DNA from: Ministeria vibrans ATCC 50519
Taxonomy: Eukaryota > Protista > Filasterea
NCBI GenBank assembly: GCA_943704425.1
Contig: CALSCP010000216.1
Coordinates: 62,001 to 126,000, forward strand
Length of the DNA stretch: 64,000 nucleotides
Reading direction: 5' to 3'
Position numbers and translations under genes: made by a program. The notes under the pieces were generated by a model, which was given only the letters and a program-made list of their open reading frames with translations, was not told the DNA's origin and searched no databases. Shown piece after piece: positions 33,701-45,749 of this stretch; position 1 is the stretch's first letter, and every line of letters begins with the position of its first letter.

Positions 33701-36700
33701 GGTTGGACGCACACTCTTGCAGCTCACATTCGCACGAGGGTCCGGTGAGTCCAGCAGGACAGTCACACACAAATCGCGCGATTGCATCAATGCAAATGCC
33801 GCCCTTGAGACACGCGCCATCAATGGGTAGACTGGAATTAAACGTGGTGGGTCGCATCCAGGGCAGCGGGCACATCAAATCGCTCTCGGTGTCATTCAGT
33901 GCGCCGCCGAAAAGCAGTAGAGCAGCCAGTGGATTCACCCCGTAGCTCACAGCCTGCGCAATCGTCGCGGGTGCGCACTCGTCAATGTTAATTTCGCAAC
34001 AGGGCCCGGTGAAACCCGCGGCGCACGCACACGAGCCGTTGAAGGCTACACAGTGGGCCGAAGCAGCAATGCCGCCCGATGGAGCAATATCAAGACACGT
34101 GCCATTATTAAGGCATGGCGATAGTGGCTCTTGATTGGCAAAACTCGTTTTGATGTAGTTGTAGCAAGAGGAATTGCGCACGAGAAGTGTTTCACAGAAA
34201 GTGCCGGTGTACTCGGGCGGACACGAGCAAAAGTCACAGGAGGTGTCGTTGAGCAAGCCCCCGTTGAAGCAAGGGTCGCCAATCTCACAGAGATCGCCGT
34301 GAAAGCCTCCAACGCACTCACAGCGATAGCGCGGATCCGTCGGCGACTCAATAGGAATGTCCAGACACGACCCGCAATTTTGGCATGGATTGATGGCGCA
34401 CGCAGTGGTATTCACCTCACAAAGTGCACCGTACACGCCAAGGGGACAGTCGCAGCGCCACGGATTGCCAAACCGTGACAAATCGCTCCCAGCCATGTCG
34501 GTGCAGGAGCCTTGCACACAGGTGATGTTGTGCGCGTCGCAGCCGTCGATGTCCTCGTCGCAACGCACACCTCGATACCCCTCGCGACACGTGCACGCAA
34601 AAGCGAGCGCGACACCATCGGTACAATTGATCGCGCCCGTGATACTACACGGGACAGTACGGCACACGTCAACGTCGTCTTGGCACGTGGGTCCTTCAAA
34701 ACCCTCAGGACAGGCACAGACAAATGAGGCAAGTGCAGGACGCAGAATGCAGGTGGCGCCCACGCCGCAGGGCGACGACCCACAGAAATCCACCTCGGTC
34801 TCACAACGGGAGCCCGTGTAGCCCGCTGTACACGTACACTTAGGCACAAGACCCAAGTCGACACAGCTGCCGCGATGCTGACATGGGTTCGGATCACAAT
34901 GGTCAATCTCGACGGAGCAGAGCGTGCCGGTGTAACCTTGTGGGCACAGGCAGACAAACGAAGCGCCAATAAGAGCACAGGTGCTGCCCGATGCACATGG
35001 TGCACCTGCACACGGATCGGGCACGGTGCCAATAGGTGTGCACGACAGTGGGTTCGTGAGCAGCCCTTGAGAGTTACAAGTGCGCACAAAGAAGTTGGTG
35101 CCATTGAGAAAGCCGTTGGTCGTGAATCCTCCATCGCACACGTACACGGCCGTATCGCCAAACACAAGCTCGGTGCCAGCCGGTGTCACTGTGGCATTGG
35201 CAATGTTTGGCGCAACGCCACAGCGAATGCGCTCGAGACAGAGGGTGTTGACAAAACCTTGCGCACACACACACTCAAACGAGGAGAGTCCATCGAGACA
35301 GGTGCCACCATGAGCACACGGGTTCGAGAGACACTCGTCAAAATCCACATCGCAGAGGGTACCAGTCCAGCCAGCGGCACAAGTGCACGCAAAGGTACAT
35401 GCGTCTACAGTGTTGGCGGTGCACACGCCGCCATTGGCACATGGATTTGACGAGCACACGTCAACTGACGCGTCACAAGTGGCACCAGTGAATCCACAAG
35501 AACACGCGCACGAGTACCCTCCCAAGTGGTCTGTGCAGTTACCGCCGTTGGCACAGGGTAGAAGCAGTTGGCTCTGCAGTGGAATTACTCCGTGTTGGTC
35601 CCAGTAGTCTAGCGTCGCTTGGAGTGTGAGGGGCCTGCAGAAGGTTTGGACAATGTCACAGTGAGTACCAATGAACCCTGTTGGACAGGTGCACGTTTGA
35701 CCGGCGGCAACGAGAAGGGTACAATTGGCACACTGCGTGTCAAAGAGAGCATTGCACTCGCTCACAAGTGACTCCCCCTGCCCACACGTGCTGCACGGCT
35801 CACACGTGCCTGTCTGCGCATTCGCATAGAACCCAGCATGACAAAAGCGCACGCAGCGATCTTCAAACAACGTCAAGTTTTGGCTGGCGTTGCACTCGAC
35901 ACAAACACGTGCGCTCGTACACGTGACACAACCAGGTTCGCATGCAGTGCACGTGCGATCTTCCGTCGCAGTGCACGCCTGACTCTCAAATGTACCGGAG
36001 GGACATCCGAGCTGACAGGGTGTGCACAATGCATCGCTGTTGGGTAGCGGTGCAAACGAGCCGGAGGGACACGCGGCACAGACACGATCGGTGCTCGAGA
36101 GGCACGGGGCGCTTTGATGGAAGCCAGCCGAGCAGAGGGTGCAGATTTGACAGATAGTATCAAAAGAGCCGTGACAACCGGCAAGTGCAAAAGTGCTGGG
36201 GGAGCAGATGGAGCACGGATCGCACGAGGTGCTCTGAATGCCGTCGGCACATGTGCCATTAAGAAACTCGCCCAAAGCACAAGACGTCTCACACGGCTCG
36301 CATGCCTCACCACCGTTGACGGCCTTGAACGATCCTTGGGGACAAGCAACACACTGGTCGTCGGTCGACGCTCCACATATGCCGAGGAGCTCTTGGCCCG
36401 GTGGACACGCCGACGTGCAGTTGGCACAGTTGCGATCGGCAAAGCCCGAACTCAGACAGCCACCCGAGGCAAATTGGTTGGCGCCGCAGAGAGTGCAGGG
36501 CCGACATTCGCGCGTCGGCGACACAACCTTGTAGTAATCAGATGGGCATGTGCTCACGCACGTCTGCGAGGCGGACAAAAGAAAGGTGGGGTCAACGCAC
36601 GCAACGCAGTTGTTGCTGTCTGGACCAAAGCAGGCAGCGCACGCAGGGTTGCAGGGAAGACAAGCACTGCCGCTGGCATCTTGGTAGTTTCCGGTAGTAC

Positions 36701-39700
36701 ACGCACTCACACAAGAAGATCCCTCGAGGAGAAAAGAGCCCACGCAAGTGAGACACGTCGAGGGGGAGTTGCGCGCGCAAGTAGCGCACGTGGAGTCACA
36801 CGGCGTGCAGACGGGTGTCGACGTGGCCGTACAGTCGCCTACAAGGGTTTCGGCAACCGAAGGGCACGACGCGGTACATGGCGAGCAGGGGAGGGCGGAG
36901 CGTGTGAGTGAGTAATGCTGTGGAGGACACACTGGGCACGACGGCGATGTGATCGACGTGCAACTGCCAGTCAGCTCGGTGCCCGCATCGCACGCCTGAG
37001 TGCACGCCGCGCAAGCAACATTGCCCACCAAAGGCTTGAATGTGCCCGTAGTACACGGCAAGCAAATCTGGTTTTGAGTCGCGCTGCATGCGGCACTGAG
37101 GGTAAACCCCGCCCCACACATTGTCGAAGTACACGGCGTGCATAAAGTCGCAGCTGAAGCGATCCCTTTGAAGGTATTTGGCGGACAAGGTGAACACTGC
37201 AGCGTGAGTAGGCCGTTGCCGCACAGACCTGACTGAAACAAGCCGGCGGGGCAATCTGCGGAGGGACATGCAGCGCAGACACGGTCGTTCGTTGGTGTGG
37301 GTGAGACCATCTCGAATTCGGTTGCATTGCAGACGCGCAGTGGTGTGCAGCCCGTGTCGTAAAAGAGGGTGCACGCTCGCGATACAAAGCTTGTGCTGGG
37401 ACAGGTCGAGCAAGATTGACATACAGTGTCGACGCTGAGAGAACAGTTTTGCGTGGCAAAGGAGACGCCCGAGATGCATGTGGTGCACGCCTGGCACTGG
37501 CGTTGAGCAGTGGCGGTGCAAGGTGACACCTCAAAGGTGATGCCAAAGGAGCAGGAAATACAGGCAGGACAAGTGCCCGTCGTGGCATCAAGATAAAACC
37601 CCGGTACGATGGCGCTGAGTCCCTGAGTGCCACAACAAGTGGCGCAACCCGAGGGACACGCAGTGAAAATGGGCAATGGAGAAAATTCGCCCGACATGAC
37701 GGGAGCATAGCTACCGGGGACATTGTCGTTGAGTTGGAGCACGTAGTTGTTAGGTCCATCCCAATCTGTGTTGAGATAGGTGACAGTAGTTGCAGCAGAG
37801 GTCAGTCCACCCGCGTCATAACGCACTACGACCACTGCCACCTGGATGGTGGTCGCCTCCGAGACGACTAGCGACGCACGAGCAGAAAAGGTGGCGCCAC
37901 TCTGAGTGGCAAGAACAACTTCATTGCTCGAGACCATGGTGCCTTGGCAGGCAGTCGCAGTCAGTGTGCCAGTCACAGGTTTCAAGTGAAAGTACACATC
38001 GGCGGTGACTGACGACGCTGGGGTCGGCGTATCGGCAAGAGAGGCACTCAGTTGAAAGGAGGGTCCAACCTGAATGGGAGCTTCAAACTCCGCAATGTAT
38101 GTGGCGGCCGAAATAGCACGGTTGAGGCGAGACACGTCATTAATTTGAAGCAATTGGTTGTGATCAACGTCGAGCACGTCAAGATCCAGTACAACTCCCG
38201 GCGCAGCGACGCAGGGCGAGGTGAGAGAATTTTGACACTGATGTACGAGGAACAATTGGAGCAGCTGGGCGTCGGTGCCTGTCACTTGTGCGTCGCAGTT
38301 AACATCACCACGAACAGGTGTGACCATGCAGGCAGTGGCACGAGTAACACGCGAGACTTCGTGGTTGGCAGTTAATGCGCTGTCGAGGTCAGCGCTTCCA
38401 GGAGGGAGTTGGATGCTGGAAAAAATTCGCGCGAGATCCTCCTCGACATCTTCTTCTTCGATCCCATCGTCGCGTCGACGCCGACGCCCGAGCGAGGCCG
38501 AGACAACCATGGCGCCTGTGCCCGCCTGAAAGGTACGAGGGTATGACACCGACGCGATAAGCGTGTTGCCAGCGCGGTTGTTCAGTTCGACAAGGCTGCC
38601 ACTGAAACTGGCCGTCCCCGACGTCCCAGCGCGTGCACGGAACGTGAGGGTGACCACGGAGACAACGTTGGTCAGGAGACCCGTCGACTTAACGAGACCC
38701 AACACACGAACACAGCCGACACAGACGGCATCGGGTGTGACAAGAATTTCGCTCCAGTCACTACGCGAGTCACGTTGGGAGCCAAGCAATTCGAGACGCG
38801 TCTTGTCGTAGTACACATCAGCAAGAAAGAAGCCCAGGGGTATGGAGCCCACATTGACACGCACCTCGATGTCAAATTGAACGCCTGGTGCCATTTGAGC
38901 GAATGGAAAGGACACGAGAGGGCCCAGATCAACGTCGCCCATGACGGGAGCAAGATTACAGCTTACCGCGGCGGTATCGCTTGTTGAAGAGCTGCACGAC
39001 AGCTTCGCCATAATCTCTACCGGTGACGAGCCGACGCTGTTCAAACGAAGTGTTACCAAACCTGTGGCAGAATCGACGCTGGCAATCGAGCTGTTACTCG
39101 ACGAGTATGCAAGAGGGATGTCGGAGCGTGCGCTCGCAGCGGTCACACGTGTGCCATCGGCGAGAACCAAATCAACGTAGGTCTGCGCGGTAGCAACTCC
39201 CGACTGTCCCACAAGGGTGAAGCCCATCTCGGTCGGCGATTGAAAGTAGGTGACCATCAACGTGACGGAAACAGGCGAGTTGAGGGCACCAAAGGACTCG
39301 GTGGCGTCCACGCCGTTCCCGTTCAGTCCAAAATTGGCACTGACCGTGACAGTCCCAGGCGATTCGGGAGTCACCACCACCACACCGCTGGTGGCGGAGT
39401 AATAGCGCGACTCAGGCGCCGAAATAATACCGTTAGTGGCCGTGAAGATAGTATGTTGTGTGACAGGTTGAGAAGCGCCGTCGCTGGCCACAAGCTTGAG
39501 GCTAAGTGACCGTTGTTGAAAGGGAGCAAGGGCGCAACCGAGACGCCCCACGTCGTCGTCGCCGAGGTCGACCATGTCGCTTGGCCACAGATTGACGGCG
39601 CCTGAGTTTACGTCGGGTGGATACTGGTGCACACCGACGGTGAACGAGTCGGTGGCAACGACGCTGATGGTGACCGGGTCAGACGCGACCGCATGTTGAC

Positions 39701-42700
39701 CTGGTAATTTGACAGTGGCCACAAGCGTGAGGGTTCCACTCGAGGCACCCGTTGGCGTGGCACTCGGTTGTGCGGTCACAACCAATCGAGAGGGATCGCT
39801 CGAGGTAATGGATGTGCTATCGCTCGTAGAAAATGTCGCCTGGAGACCCGTCTCGAAGATGACCAAGACAAAAAGCGAGCTGCTGGTAGACAATCCAAGG
39901 AGTGCGAGAGGATCGGAGGCACTAATGGCCAGACGCGGCTCTGTGACGGAGAGGGTGACAGAGGCAATTTTGGGAAACTTGACGACAACGGTCGCCGAGG
40001 TGCGAAGGAGCGTGGCGAGACCGGCTTGAAACGCGACTGAATTTTCGGAGCAGGTCGAAAAAATTCCTTCAAGACCTTCGCGACACCAGTCAAACATTGC
40101 AAGCGCACGGTATGTTGGCATGCCCGCAAGGTCGACCGCATCGACCACACGCACGGCACCTTCAGTCAGGTTAGCGTGGACGAGGAGCGAGCCGGGTGTG
40201 ACACGGGTCACTTCTTGAACGGTACCATCACTGAGGAGGAGCCACACAATGATTTCGGCCTCGGCACCGGGCACCTCGAGGCTCTGTACGACGCCAGTCA
40301 CGTTGATGGTTGCGCCCGGCATGCCTGCTGCATCGAAAGTCGTAAGAGGTGTGGCGCCCGACGACGACGTGAGTAGTCCCGTGGCGGCAGCGACATGTAG
40401 TGACACAATGGTCACTGGTGCACTCGTGGACACCGTCAGCAAAGTGCTGGCCAACGGAGTTTGGTCGGACGGACGGAGTGCAGAGATAGGTGTTGTCCCC
40501 GTCGTGAGACCCTCAATGATTACAGAAGACGTGGACGAGCTGGGAATGCTTTCGGTGCGCACGCTTGCAACGGCGTTGTTGTCGGCGGTAAGCGAGACAA
40601 GGCCCGTCACGTCGACCGTGCCCGCTTGAACAGAACCGTCCGCGTTTTGCAGGGTGGCGAGCACATGCGCGCCAGTGGACTGGAAACGATTGGCGTTGCT
40701 GGCGGTACTCTGACAGTCAGCGGGATAGTGTTGAATGGACTGCAACGTGGAGCGGTCAAGAACAACGCGCAACGAAGCAAAGGACCACGGTGAGAATACC
40801 ATGGACGTTTGTTTCGAGTCGAGCGTCGCCACGACTTCCGTGGCGGCGACTGGAGAAGGCACTACCTCGCCACCAGTAAGCTGCACTTGACAGCCACCGG
40901 TGCGAGATGTGACCGAAAACATGTTGTTATGAAGCGCAGAGCAGGCAGTGGGTGTGACGAGCGTGACGGGTGTGGAAGCGGACGAGTAGACGGCGTAGGT
41001 GTGAAGATCGCGAGTCAGAGATTCCCCCGTCAACATGGCCGTGTTGACAAGGTTGTTTGAGGGTGTCTCGGAGGTGGAGGTGGGGGCGCGCATCAGAAGA
41101 ATACCGCGCAAATCGTTGGTGCGAAACGAGACACTCCCTTGACTGCTTCGTCCCGTCGCATCGTCAAAGGTACAAGGGGTTGAAGCGTCGCCAAACTCGG
41201 CGTTTCCATCACTGAGCTGAATACCACCGCACCCGAATAGAGCCGTGGAAGCAGTGACGACCGACGACCTGACTGTGAAGCGCACGGTCGCAAGGGGAAC
41301 AGCAGTGCCTGATGTGGTGACCGTGTCGGTTGTGAGGCCATTGAGACCAAGGGTGCCCAGCGACGAGACTTTGATTAGGCCACTGAAGCCAATGGCAATC
41401 GTGGATCCTTGAGTGTCGTCGTGTGCTGTGACCGAGGAGCTGTCGTACGTGAGCGTCACCTGCCAAGCTTTAAGAGTACGCGGAAGCACCGACGCAAAGA
41501 CGCTGGTGGTGAAGGTGTCGCCGGGTGCGAGAGGCGCCAGTGGAAGCGACCAGTAGACAGCAATGTCGGCGATGGGAGGCGAGTAGGTGACTGTCGCGTG
41601 CAAGCTGGGCATGGCGGTGAGCCCAGTGACGGCAAGGGGCGCGGCCGCAGACGCGCTGGGTGATGTAAATGCGAGCAGCAAGGGGACTGCTGCGGATGGC
41701 GAGAACCAGGCGGTCGGCAGCCCGAGACTGAAGACGCACGGTGCGACGCCGACATGGCACGTCTCCGAACGAGTGTCGGCGGGCACGGTAGCGCGCGCCA
41801 CGACCAATGCTAGCGTAGAGCCGCTGATCACAAGCGAGCTGCCCGTGGCATCGTACGCGGCTGCTACGACTCGTACGTTGGGCGCATCCACAAAAATGGA
41901 GTCGGCGAGCGCAATTGCCTCAACCCGAGCAATCTGCCGCCGTGGCTTGTCGCTGAATTGCGTCGACGAGAGAGACTGTTGTAGTAGTGGGCGTCTGGCG
42001 AGGGAAATAGCCTTTGGAGCGACATCGTCGGAGCTAGTCGCGATCTGAAAAACAATACGTGAATAAAAATAATGAATTAATGAAGATAGTCACTCAATAC
42101 TGTGCACTCAGACGTCAGAGAACTGAAGACCGTAAGGTAAAGAGAGTTCAACAGTGAGCAGAAGAAAGTAGAATGCTGAGATGACTCGGAGAGAAGGAAA
42201 TGGGGACGATTGTTATTGCGAGCAGGTTTAGTGTCGAGCGATATCGAAGCGCACGGAACGTGTGCACATTTGAAGGCCGGTGAATGGTTTTAGTGGCATA
42301 CTTGCAATGTGGCAGTGTAAAATTTGGATTCTTATCGAGGGGGAGGGGGGGCGCGTCCGACTTTTTGACGGGGTGATTGTTAATCCCAACCCTTTTGACG
42401 CTATTTTGCGGTGATTATGCGAATTTTCTATTTTACCGGGAAAGTCGTTGAGTCGGCGGATTCGACTGCAACAACGCTTGGTACAAGCTGTGGAGTGGCT
42501 TGCAAAAAGGATTGTGAGATGAGTTGGGTAGGGAGAGGGAGGCGAAGGTCGGGAGACAAGCACGGCAGGTCGACAGCTGTTGCGTTTGCGCATGTGCAGT
42601 TGTGGCTCGACGTGGCGACGCTTCCTGAGCAGTCTAGAGTAAGCAGCTGGAAGCACGAACTGTCTGAATCAAGCTGGCAGGTGCGGTAGAGTGCAATCTG

Positions 42701-42841
42701 TGTTGACGGCAAACCGGTCGACACTGTCCCCGCAGTGACATTTGACGAGCAAGGGTTGCACTGGGCAGACTGTACGGTCAGCAGAAGCCAAAGGCCCAAG
42801 AGGGGAGCAAAGATACGCAGGAAGGTTGTTATCGAGGCCAT
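27783..42841 (-). CDS. Giant (~4,900 aa) type I membrane protein: signal peptide, TMEM132-like cohesin + Ig-like domains, second cohesin, furin sites, dockerin, TNFR/furin-like Cys repeats, EGF repeats, one sushi, TM, cytoplasmic FN3-like repeats and C-terminal coiled coil
   Basis: Signal-like MASITTFLRIFAPLLGLWLLLTVQSAQC at 42841; one uninterrupted exon 42044-27783; EGF consensus such as DECLSNPCAHGGTCLDGLSSFECVCAQGF; TM WIYLAAGLAGLLLVLLLGCCCVLC followed by RRRSRRR at ~32600-32695. Small exons between 42044 and 42436 are uncertain. Confidence 0.9.
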
Positions 42842-43356
42842 AAAAAAGAAAGCATGAAAATGTCTAAACAATAAACACGAGACGACGTCTGGGTCGAAGT
42901 CGAAGTAGATTCAGTCGGTGGCGAAAACTACTCAAAAAGAGCACCACACGAGCGACTCATGTGGTCGCACTGGTCTGTAACTTGTCAACGTAATCAGGTG
43001 AATATGCAGCAATAACAGCATCGAACTATCTCACGAATACAGACAGGTTCAGAAAGGATAAGCAAACGTACATCGAAAATAAGCGAGAATTGTTTGATTA
43101 CCATTGAGATGGAAAGAGAACTACCAGAGACTTCCCAGAGACACCGGAGGTCGGCCTTAAGCGGTTGGGCTGACAATTTAACACCCACTCAGGCACTCAC
43201 ACCCAGAGTCCCAGACGAGTGACGATATGTACAAACCCATGGTCTCTCTTTTTTTTAATAGTCGAACAAATAACAATAATTTACACACCTTTTTCTATTT
43301 TTGTTTGTTAGCTTTTCTCTTCTTTATCTCTGACTGCACGTCTCTGCCATCAAACC

Positions 43357-45569
43357 ATGGCATGTCCTTACTGCAACTCTGATGTGAGCGGTCTTGTACA
43401 GCAAGTCAAGGAACGCGACCGGCGCATTCGGGTGCTGGAGGCGCAGCTTGCATCGGCCAAAGGAGAGCGAGACGAGAGTCGACGACAATTTAGCGCGCTT
43501 CACACGCAGCTTGCTGCGGCCCCGGGCGTCAGCGAGCTCAATCGAATCAATCAGAGTGTCCGTCATATTGATCTGGAGTCAGTTGCGCGGGAACGTGAGC
43601 AGCGGAGGAGCGAATTTGAAACGGCTCGACTGGCGGCAATTGAGGCGTCGCGCCTCGCGACACTCGCACAGGAGCGACTTCAGCAGCTGTCCACACCGTA
43701 CGAGAAACACCCGTGTTTAACTAGACACAAGCTTTGCTTGGTGGCGCGCGCGCGTCATATTGTTTTGGGAGAGAAAGAAAGGATTTCACACTTGCATACT
43801 TGTGTTTGTTTGTGTAGTGAACGATCAGTGTTGGTTGCTCGCGAAATTCACTTTGACCAAACGCGACCGGGTTCCTTTGAAGTACCAACCGACCACTATC
43901 GTGACCGTCCAGGCGTCGCGCGCGTTGTGACTCGCCCCATAAGCGGATCTCGCGTCAGCTCGACAGGCGGCCAGTCTCCCTCGCCACGGCCCAACGTCAA
44001 CCCTGGCGGAAGCAGCTGTGTCGAGGATATTGTTGACGACGCCGACAAAGATACTGATCATGAAGAACTTCCTCCTACCATTGCGCCCCGGACGAGCAAG
44101 TCTGTATCCGTCTCGCACGAGTCAAACGTCTACGTGAGCGCGTCTGATTTAGTCGAGCCCGCTCGCAACCCTTGGCCAGTGCCGACCCCCAGCGCTAGTG
44201 CAGTTCCAGCGCCAGCTGTGACGCGTCCAACATCAACATCAACGTCAACGTCAACGTCAACGTCATCAACGCCGGCGCCGGGCGGAAAAAGTGAAAGTTC
44301 ATTTTTTGCACCCTCGTCGTCGGATTATTCGAGGTCGACGAGTAACATGGTCGAGAACGAGTACTGCGAGATACTTGACGATGACCCGCGAACCGAGTCA
44401 AACAATGAGGTGCCCAGCGAAAGGCATTTTTCACAGGCCGGCATTTATGGCGATCTTCCACTGTTTTTGGGCGAGGTGGAGGCAAATCAATTGCTTGTTG
44501 ACGACGCAAACATCGCAACCATTGGTAGCGGCAGCATGAGCTCGGTCATGCGCGGTCGCTTGCAGTTGCGACGTGACGGACGCACGAGTGTACCGGTGGC
44601 GGTAAAACGTTTGCTGCCCGACGCGCGCGGTCGCTTTCGTGAGGAGCAAAAGTACGCCTTCAAGAAGGAAGTTGAGCACTTGTTGCAGCTGCGGCATCCT
44701 CATATTGTACAAATGCTGGCTCATGTGCAGAAGGGCACTAACCCGGCCGATTGGGCGATTGTTCTCGAACTGGCTGGCTGCTCCTTGGACAAGTTTCTCC
44801 GCCAGAACCCTCGATTTCTCGAACCCGATCGTGTCACTGCCGCACTCCAGATTGTAGATGCCTGTCAATTTCTGTCCAAGCAAAATGTCTTTCATCGAGA
44901 CGTAAGTACGAAAAATGAGGATAAGAGTCCACTCACACAATATAATAATTATTATTAATTATTATTATTATATTTTTGTCAAACTTTTAATGTTTTTCTC
45001 ATGAATATTGCGTTTCATTTGACAGTTGGCAGCTCGAAACTGTCTTGTGTTCTTGGACAGAGACACCGACTACTTGGTCATGAAGTTATCGGATTTTGGA
45101 ATGAGTCGCAAAGCAAACATAGATGCAGGGGAAGAGGTACAAAAATAGAATAAGATAATAATTAATAATAATATTTTTTCCGCAAAGATGTAAAAAGGAT
45201 AATAATAATAATAATAATAATAATTATTATTAATTGTACTATTTTTAGCCAATATATGAGCAAACCAACTTTACAACCCTTCCGGCGCAAAGTGCTCCTG
45301 AGACGTGGAACGACGCGATAACCACAAGCGCATCGGACGTGTATCAATTTGGCTACTTACTCTGGGAGATTGTTTCTTCCTCTCCGCTCGGTTGGACGTG
45401 CCCATATTTTGAGACGCTTACTCGCGTTGGGTCGCTTCCGCGTCTACCAGGTGCTCATGCGCAGCTTCTTCTTCTCATGGACAAATGTGTGGATGAAAAT
45501 CCTGCCAAACGTCCTTCGTTTGCCACGGTCGCGCAAAGACTCCACAACGTTTCACGTTCATTTCAATAA
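43357..45569 (+). CDS. Cytoplasmic tyrosine kinase (coiled-coil N-terminus, Pro/Ser-rich linker)
   Basis: VAVKRL, FKKEVEHLLQLRHPHIVQ, HRD|LAARNCLV, KLSDFGMSR, SAPE, SDVYQFGYLLWEI, C..ENPAKRPSF; introns 44902-45025 and 45137-45248 keep the frame; no signal peptide or TM seen. Confidence 0.88.
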
Positions 45570-45749
45570 TTGATAGAAGAAGATTAGAAGAAGAAGAAGA
45601 AGAAGAAGAAGTATACAACTCATTTATAAATAAAAGAAGAATGAGAATTATTACTCAAGCTTCATTTATTATATTTTTATTAATAATTATTATTATTATC
45701 ATTTCTACGAATACTGATTATTATTATTAATTTTTGTTTCGCTCTCTTG

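Noticed and set aside
33500-35700. Calling the giant receptor Notch or Crumbs because of its EGF array
   Set aside because: No LNR, ankyrin or laminin-G domains are seen; the overall architecture is different.
27786-42048. Numerous plus-strand and alternate-frame ORFs overlapping the giant gene
   Set aside because: Expected by-products of GC-rich coding sequence; no independent motifs.
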